Shown in pieces: positions 58,609-64,000 of a stretch of 64,000 nucleotides of DNA. The notes under the pieces are model-generated. The model did no database searches. It was given only the letters and a program-made list of their open reading frames with translations, and was not told the DNA's origin. Position 1 is the first letter of the stretch; each line of letters starts with the position of its first letter. The position numbers and the translations under genes were made by a program. The stretch lies in NCBI GenBank assembly GCA_900754115.1, contig CAAEBM010000055.1, positions 769 through 64,768 on the forward strand, given 5' to 3'. The DNA is from Bacilli bacterium. GTDB taxonomy: Bacteria > Bacillota_I > Bacilli_A > RFN20 > CAG-631.

Positions 58609-60726
58609 TTATTTTGTAATTTCTGCTGTAGCTAAATCTAATTTAGAATCTGTTGCAGTTAATGTTGCTTGTTTATTTGAACCATTATAACCAAATATTA
58701 AAGTTATTGATGTTTCAGTGACATTAGCAAATCCTTCTAAAGTATAGTAGACTGATTTTTGATTTTCGCTAGTAATTGTAATTTCAATTTCAAGTGCGTC
58801 AGTTAATTCCCATGTAAAGGTAATGACGTCACCTTTTTTATTTTCATAACAAACGTATTCGCCTGTTTTGTCTGAATTGAAGTTTACATAATGACTTCCC
58901 CAACCACTTAATGTACCATGTAAAGTAGTAGTAGTTAAGAAACTTGTAATATTTTCTACATTTGGTTTATCTTCTACGCTAAATGTAATAGAAGTTTTGA
59001 CAGTTGAAGCAACAGTTGAAACGATATCTAATGTAACACTACCATTCGTTACTCCTGTTAAAGTAAAGGTTCCATCTTGATTATCCACGATAGTAACATC
59101 ACCAGTTGATGATTCGTTCTTTGTAACTTGTGCACTTTGATTTGCGCCAGTTGGAGAAATGGAAACTGTTAAAGTATTGGTTTCACCATTAAATACTTTA
59201 TTTCCAGGTAGACTTGCAGTAATGCTATAAGGATTTGGTTGTACAGAAGTCATTGATACTTCTTTGATAGTTCCCAAACCATTGTCAAATTGTAAAGTGA
59301 AAGGACCTTCTTGGCTGACATAGACTTTATCTTCATCAAAAGTAATGAATCCTTCTTCTTTAGAACCGATTAATGTCGGTTTAAACATAACTGGAGTATT
59401 ATCTGTTTGACGGAAAGTAAAAGTTAAACGTCCAGAATTTTCAACGACATTGTCTGATGCAACAACTGTTGATTGTCCAGTTAATTGATAACTTGTAACG
59501 ACTTCATAATTTGACATTACATGTTTGGTTAAATCTATTTTTGGAGTAGTAGAAGTAGTGCGATAATTTCTTTCTTGAGCAATTTGAATGAATTGCACAC
59601 TTTTTGGTTCAGCATCTTCAAATGCCCAATTGTTTTCACTATCCCAATCATCAGTTTCATATGTGTTGATAGCAAAATTAGCACTTGTAACAAAATTATC
59701 TCCATCAATAACAACATCTAAAGTGATGGTACGACGATAATATGGATAAACTGCTGTAACAGTTGCTGTATAAAATTGATTACTATCATCAATGACAACT
59801 GGTTGCATTTGAATGTTTTGCCAGTCATAATTGTTTGTGCTTAAAAAACTAGAACTGCTAGTTTCAGAGAAAGTTCTTGCAAGTAAGCGATCAACAAATC
59901 CTACTGTTCTAGCTTCTATTTCAGCTTCACTTTCAGTGATTTGATTAGTAAGTAATGTTTCTGTATCATCTGCAACAATTGTTTTTAATGTTCCTGATTG
60001 TTCTAAAGAAGTTACTCTTGTAGAGGTTTCAACATTATAGTAACGATTGCTTTGAATGCCTTTTTCATATCCTAAATAAAATAACATATCAGATGATGAA
60101 TATTGTAAATAACGTCCATCAATAAAAGTTACATCATTTCCATAAACAGTACCATCAAGATCTAAACTTACGTAAGATGATTCATAAGTACTGCTATAAG
60201 TTGCATGTTGTAAATAAAGACTTTCTGCATTTTTACTTGCTTTTAATACTTCATAAAGTTCAACGACTGTTTCAGGAACAGTATCTGCATCTACTGCACT
60301 TGGAGTAACAATGCTTTCATCTCCTAAAACAACTACTTCTGTCTTAATCGTTGTGTTTTGGTTTGGCATATAAAATTCATAATTGTTTCCGTCAGTTGGA
60401 GCGATTAATTTATCGTTTACCAATACAGATTTTAATTCTTTATTAGCGTCGTTTACCGTTACACTAAATTCGATTAAAGTTCCAGCTTCGTATTTTGAAT
60501 CTTGTGCTGTTGTTTGAACAGCAATTGTTGATCCTTCTGCTGCTTGTGTTGTAAGAGCAAATGTTTTTACAATTGGTTCTGGAGTATCTCCGCTCGAAAC
60601 GCTACTTCCTGAATCAGAAATAGGGGGGGTTTGAGAAGTACTTGAAGAAGAACCAGTTTCCGTTGTAGTACAAGCAGTTAGTGCCAAAAGGACTAGAGGC
60701 AATAATACTTTTTGATACTTTTTCAT
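58609..60726 (-). CDS. Large surface lipoprotein (705 aa) with a poly-C tract near codon 30.
   Basis: Lipobox ALTAC followed by a Ser-rich linker. C7 homopolymer in the coding strand (G7 on plus at 60623-60629). Confidence 0.8.
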   Translation of the reverse strand: MKKYQKVLLPLVLLALTACTTTETGSSSSTSQTPPISDSGSSVSSGDTPEPIVKTFALTTQAAEGSTIAVQTTAQDSKYEAGTLIEFSVTVNDANKELKSVLVNDKLIAPTDGNNYEFYMPNQNTTIKTEVVVLGDESIVTPSAVDADTVPETVVELYEVLKASKNAESLYLQHATYSSTYESSYVSLDLDGTVYGNDVTFIDGRYLQYSSSDMLFYLGYEKGIQSNRYYNVETSTRVTSLEQSGTLKTIVADDTETLLTNQITESEAEIEARTVGFVDRLLARTFSETSSSSFLSTNNYDWQNIQMQPVVIDDSNQFYTATVTAVYPYYRRTITLDVVIDGDNFVTSANFAINTYETDDWDSENNWAFEDAEPKSVQFIQIAQERNYRTTSTTPKIDLTKHVMSNYEVVTSYQLTGQSTVVASDNVVENSGRLTFTFRQTDNTPVMFKPTLIGSKEEGFITFDEDKVYVSQEGPFTLQFDNGLGTIKEVSMTSVQPNPYSITASLPGNKVFNGETNTLTVSISPTGANQSAQVTKNESSTGDVTIVDNQDGTFTLTGVTNGSVTLDIVSTVASTVKTSITFSVEDKPNVENITSFLTTTTLHGTLSGWGSHYVNFNSDKTGEYVCYENKKGDVITFTWELTDALEIEITITSENQKSVYYTLEGFANVTETSITLIFGYNGSNKQATLTATDSKLDLATAEITK

Positions 60727-60867
60727 CTAATTTTCTCTCCTTTTTTATTTTTGATTTTAAAATTATATCTTTTTTTAGATAAAAAATCAATAGAAAAAAT
60801 ATTTTTTTCCAAAAGAGATGCTTTTATTAAAATCTCAAAATGATTTTATATATTATCTAAATTAAAT

Positions 60868-60895
60868 GAAAAAGTTCGGACAAAATGGTCCGAAC
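60868..60895 (-). terminator. Intrinsic terminator after the DLH-family hydrolase gene (minus strand).
   Basis: GTTCGGAC-CATTTT-GTCCGAAC hairpin followed by T5 on the minus strand. Confidence 0.75.
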
Positions 60896-60912
60896 TAAGA
60901 AATTTATCTAAT

Positions 60913-61845
60913 TTATGATTTTAAAAAGTCGTCAATGGCGTAAAAAGGAATTTTATTTATATCATCATATAAGTCTACATGATTGCAATTTGGAACAATA
61001 AGCATTTGTTTAGGTTCTAGTGCTTTTTGATAGACATAGTCACTAAAAAACCGACTTTCTGCTTGTTCTCCAACGATAAATAAAATGGGTCTAGGCGAAA
61101 TTTCATCGACATAATGGGTTAATTCATAATTCATAAAAGAAAGATTACTTGTAGAAGTAAATCCTCCTCTAGCTAAAGGATGATGTCCTCTTTTTGTGGC
61201 ATAAAATTCCCAAAATTCTCGCCAAATTCCTTGAATAGAAGGATCAATTTGTTCAATGGGTTTTTCTGGAAAACTAGGAATGTATTCTGGATATCCATTT
61301 TTTGCATCAATCCATCTTTGTAAGGAAAGTTTTTCTTTTTCTTGTTGAATTTGTTCTTTTGTAAGACCAACTCTAGAGGCATAAGACATATCATACATAG
61401 AAGCAGTGATTACTTTTTTTATTCTTGTGTCCACTTGTGCAGCGCTGATAGCAAAGCCACCAGAACCACATATTCCTAAAGCATATATCTTATCTTTATC
61501 GACAAAATCAAGCATTCCTAAATAATCTACGCCAGCTGAAAAGTTCTCACTAAATAAATCAGGACTTGAAACTCTTCTGGGTTCTCCACTACTTTCACCC
61601 ATATAACAGGGGTCAAATGTTAAACAAACATAGCCTCTTTGAGATAACTCATTAGCATAAACACAAGGCCCTTGTTCTTTTACGCCTCCATAGGGAGCAC
61701 CAATTATAATGGCAGCATGTTTTTGATTTTTATCTAGAGTTTTTAAATAGTAAAGATCACCAGCAATCGTTAAACCATATCGATTTTGATATCTTATATG
61801 ATTAATGAGAACATTGTCTGCACATTTTTTGATATATCCACTCAT
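60913..61845 (-). CDS. Dienelactone-hydrolase-family alpha/beta hydrolase.
   Basis: Nucleophile elbow with Cys (LGICGSGGFA), as in DLH. Downstream Asp/His. Start at the ATG at 61845 (ggagg RBS). Confidence 0.65.
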   Translation of the reverse strand: MSGYIKKCADNVLINHIRYQNRYGLTIAGDLYYLKTLDKNQKHAAIIIGAPYGGVKEQGPCVYANELSQRGYVCLTFDPCYMGESSGEPRRVSSPDLFSENFSAGVDYLGMLDFVDKDKIYALGICGSGGFAISAAQVDTRIKKVITASMYDMSYASRVGLTKEQIQQEKEKLSLQRWIDAKNGYPEYIPSFPEKPIEQIDPSIQGIWREFWEFYATKRGHHPLARGGFTSTSNLSFMNYELTHYVDEISPRPILFIVGEQAESRFFSDYVYQKALEPKQMLIVPNCNHVDLYDDINKIPFYAIDDFLKS

Positions 61846-61846
61846 T

Positions 61847-62593
61847 TTATTGTTCCTCCAATTGTTGATAATAGGTATCATTGACTTCTTCTAACCATTC
61901 ATTTAAAGTGTTTTCACCGGGAATTTCAAATGCTAAATGGGAAAACCAACTATTTTTTCTAGCCCCATGCCAATGTTTAACATTAGCTGGAATAAGAACA
62001 ATATCTCTTGGTTTTAATAGTTGTACTTCTTTTCCTTCTTCTTGATAGTAGCCATAGCCATCGACACAAATCAAAACTTGTCCTCCACCTTTTGTTGCGT
62101 GATGAATATGCCAATTGTTTCTACATTTTGGTTCAAATGTGACATTTGCTATAAATAAAGCATCTGTTGGTTTCGTTAAAGGATTTAAATAGGATTTACC
62201 GATAAAATAAGGACTAAAAGCCGTGTTTTCTTGTCCTAATCCAAAAAATCCACCTCTTAATTGGACATCCATATCTTTTTGATAAACCTCTTTTGCTATT
62301 TTAAAGGCTGCCCATGCATAAGGCCACCCTACATAAAAAGATAAATGAGTAATGATTTCTACCATTTCTTCTTTGCTGACACCATTATTTTTGGCGTTTT
62401 GCATGTGGTATTGAAAAGACGAATCAAAAATACCTCTAGAGATAAACGAAGTGACGACTAAAATACTGCGCAATTTTAATGACAATTGTTCTTCTCTAGC
62501 CCAAACTTCTCCAAATAAAACCTCATCATTTAGTTTGGCAAATTGTGGAGCAAAATCTCCAAGTTGTTCTTTTCCTGCTGTTTGTTTTTTCAT
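61847..62593 (-). CDS. Carboxymuconolactone decarboxylase (AhpD-like) domain fused to a cupin domain.
   Basis: CMD motif region (GEVWAREEQLSLKLRS...EEMVEIITHLSFYVGWP) and a cupin His cluster (WHIHH...VKHWHG). Start at 62593 (aaggagga RBS). Confidence 0.7.
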   Translation of the reverse strand: MKKQTAGKEQLGDFAPQFAKLNDEVLFGEVWAREEQLSLKLRSILVVTSFISRGIFDSSFQYHMQNAKNNGVSKEEMVEIITHLSFYVGWPYAWAAFKIAKEVYQKDMDVQLRGGFFGLGQENTAFSPYFIGKSYLNPLTKPTDALFIANVTFEPKCRNNWHIHHATKGGGQVLICVDGYGYYQEEGKEVQLLKPRDIVLIPANVKHWHGARKNSWFSHLAFEIPGENTLNEWLEEVNDTYYQQLEEQ

Positions 62594-62606
62594 TTTTGTT
62601 TCCTCC

Positions 62607-63566
62607 TTAATTGATAGATAAAGTGACTTGAATCGGACCAATTCCTAAAAAATCTAGCATTGATTCTCTGGTCATATTAGGAATTGAACCAATTTTTGTA
62701 AAGTTCCAAGTGTTGGTATCATAATAAATCGTTAATTGATTCCCTTGATAAAGAATGATATCTCCAGGTTTAGTTGTGATTTGTTTGTCATTGCGAGGTA
62801 AAGTCAATCCAAGAGAACCAACTTTTTCAAAATTTCCATAATCATTCATTGAAAGAGTAATGTTTTTATTTTTTAATTCTTCTAATAACGCATTGACTGA
62901 AGAATTATTTTCAAGTTGTGCTTGAAGAGTTTGTTGATTGACATGAATATTGAGTGTTTTTTCCATTTCTTCTTCTCCTTTAATATTTAATTGTAGTGAA
63001 TCAATCCATTCGCTTACTTCAGCTTGGCTAGCGTTGGTACTAAATCTTTTTCCTTCCTTGATAATGGCTTGTGGTTCTAAATCTTTTATTTCATTTAAAC
63101 TTGTCGTTATACCTGTGCTACCAGAGGTACAAAAAGGAATAATAGTATAATTTGCTAAATCATATGTTTCTAAAAAAGTATAAATGATTTTTGGTAATTT
63201 TCCATGCCAAATGGGGTGGCCAATAAATAAAGTATTGTATTGATTCACATTTGCGATTTGGTTTGCGATTTGTGGTCGGCAAGTGGGGTCGTTTTGTTCT
63301 TTATCTGCTCGGCAATCGGTGTAGTATTGTAAGTCTTCTTCTGTATACGGGTCTGAAGGAACGATTTCAAAAAGTGTACCTTTAGTCTCGTTTGCAATTA
63401 AATTAGCGATTTGTTCGGTATTTCCTGTGCATGAAAAATAGGAAATAAGAATTTGATTAGAATTGGTTTCAAAATTTTTATCAACGGAGTTAGAATTAGT
63501 AGTGGAATGGCAACTTACAAGAGTAATTAAAGTACATAAGATACTTAATAAACTTATTTTTTTCAT
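62607..63566 (-). CDS. Lipoprotein with a flavodoxin-like domain and a C-terminal cyclophilin-like domain.
   Basis: Lipobox TLVSC. Flavodoxin signature ILISYFSCTGNTEQIA. C-terminal 110 aa resembles the cyclophilin-like domains commonly fused to such flavodoxins. Confidence 0.6.
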   Translation of the reverse strand: MKKISLLSILCTLITLVSCHSTTNSNSVDKNFETNSNQILISYFSCTGNTEQIANLIANETKGTLFEIVPSDPYTEEDLQYYTDCRADKEQNDPTCRPQIANQIANVNQYNTLFIGHPIWHGKLPKIIYTFLETYDLANYTIIPFCTSGSTGITTSLNEIKDLEPQAIIKEGKRFSTNASQAEVSEWIDSLQLNIKGEEEMEKTLNIHVNQQTLQAQLENNSSVNALLEELKNKNITLSMNDYGNFEKVGSLGLTLPRNDKQITTKPGDIILYQGNQLTIYYDTNTWNFTKIGSIPNMTRESMLDFLGIGPIQVTLSIN

Positions 63567-64000
63567 TTTTTTCCTCCTAAAGAATCAATATTTTTTATGA
63601 TTTTTGCAGGATTTCCTGCGACAATAACATTTTCTGGCACGTCTTTAGTGACAACTGATCCTGCACCAATGATGGAGTTTTTTTTAATATGTACGCCAGG
63701 TAAAATAGTTGTGTGAGCCCCAATCCAAACATTATCTTCAATTTTTACTTTTTTAGGCAGAAGGGCTTGTCTATTAAAAGGATTTTTATCATGATTTAAA
63801 GTAGCGATGACAACTTGATGTCCAATTAATACATGATTTCCAATTTCTATTCCTCCTTGGTCTTGAAAACAACAACCTGAATTGATGAAAACATTTTTAC
63901 CGATATCAATATTTTTACCATAATCGGTATAAAAAGGTGGGAAAAGAGCAAAAGAATCATCAATAGGTTTGCCAATCAATTTAGAAAATAATTTTCTTAA
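63563..64000 (-). CDS. Sugar O-acetyltransferase (maltose/galactoside acetyltransferase-like hexapeptide protein), 5'-truncated by the window edge.
   Basis: Left-handed beta-helix hexapeptide repeats (IGKNVFINSGCC, IGNHVLIGHQVVI, IGAHTTILPGVHI). The reading frame stays open to nt 64000. Confidence 0.8.
   Translation of the reverse strand, partial: LRKLFSKLIGKPIDDSFALFPPFYTDYGKNIDIGKNVFINSGCCFQDQGGIEIGNHVLIGHQVVIATLNHDKNPFNRQALLPKKVKIEDNVWIGAHTTILPGVHIKKNSIIGAGSVVTKDVPENVIVAGNPAKIIKNIDSLGGKK

Noticed and set aside
58573-58612. Hairpin AAGTTGAGC-AAAG-GCTCAACTT between the 705-aa and 611-aa lipoprotein genes as a terminator
   Set aside because: It lacks a proper U-tract on the minus strand. 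It is more likely an intra-operon stabiliser or attenuator and was not listed as a feature.
51951-63150. ORFs 51951-52193, 54853-55200, 55395-55604, 57040-57252, 57218-57412, 59535-59717, 61173-61394 and 62950-63150
   Set aside because: They are antisense to or embedded within cotJC, nrdD, nrdG, the island-B lipoproteins, the DLH hydrolase and the flavodoxin lipoprotein genes.
1-64000. Possibility of Mollicutes-type genetic code 4 (TGA=Trp), given low GC and abundant lipoproteins
   Set aside because: Long conserved genes (mutS 845 aa, nrdD, metK) are intact under the standard code, with Trp encoded by TGG at conserved positions. Genes end where homologs end.
1-64000. CRISPR arrays, rRNA/tRNA genes, integrases, transposases and phage genes
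   Set aside because: No direct-repeat/spacer periodicity, no tRNA-like intergenic segment (all gaps are under 320 nt and AT-rich), and no recombinase motifs were seen in any ORF.

Overview
This is a low-GC (about 30%) Firmicutes-type chromosomal segment in the standard genetic code. TGG encodes Trp and there are no in-frame TGA codons in the long conserved ORFs. About 60 CDS are supported, with no rRNA, tRNA, CRISPR array, integrase or transposase found. The housekeeping backbone is metK behind a SAM-I riboswitch, panE-like, hpf, two RluA-family pseudouridine synthases, a phosphohexomutase, a TIGR01212 radical-SAM gene, tldD-pmbA, uppP-miaA-mutL-mutS, tsaE-tsaB-rimI-tsaD, trpS behind a T-box leader, nrdD-nrdG, cotJB-cotJC, and a stand-alone Ku. 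The accessory or surface content is more interesting. At the 5' end a SipW-type (ER/archaeal-type) signal peptidase sits directly behind a 710-aa secreted protein with a TasA/camelysin-like N-terminal motif. There is a cytoplasmic amino-sugar salvage cluster (NahK-like kinase, SDR, NagB, GHL10-like hydrolase). An RCC1-repeat surface protein sits next to a YfhO-family glycosyltransferase that has a G8 tract in its ribosome-binding region. Two convergent islands of three large lipoproteins each (42.6-48.8 kb and 55.9-60.7 kb) flank the Ku / M28 / cotJ / nrdDG core. One island carries an M6/InhA-like HExxH metalloprotease and a Ser-codon trinucleotide repeat. The other carries a C7 tract inside the coding sequence, a candidate phase-variation switch. 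At the 3' end is a four-gene operon with a lipoprotein-anchored flavodoxin-like protein. CotJ, Ku and NrdDG together suggest an anaerobic spore-forming lineage (Erysipelotrichaceae/Clostridia-like). Coordinates follow the supplied ORF track, with the stop codon included. Several starts were moved to internal ATGs that have good Shine-Dalgarno sequences.
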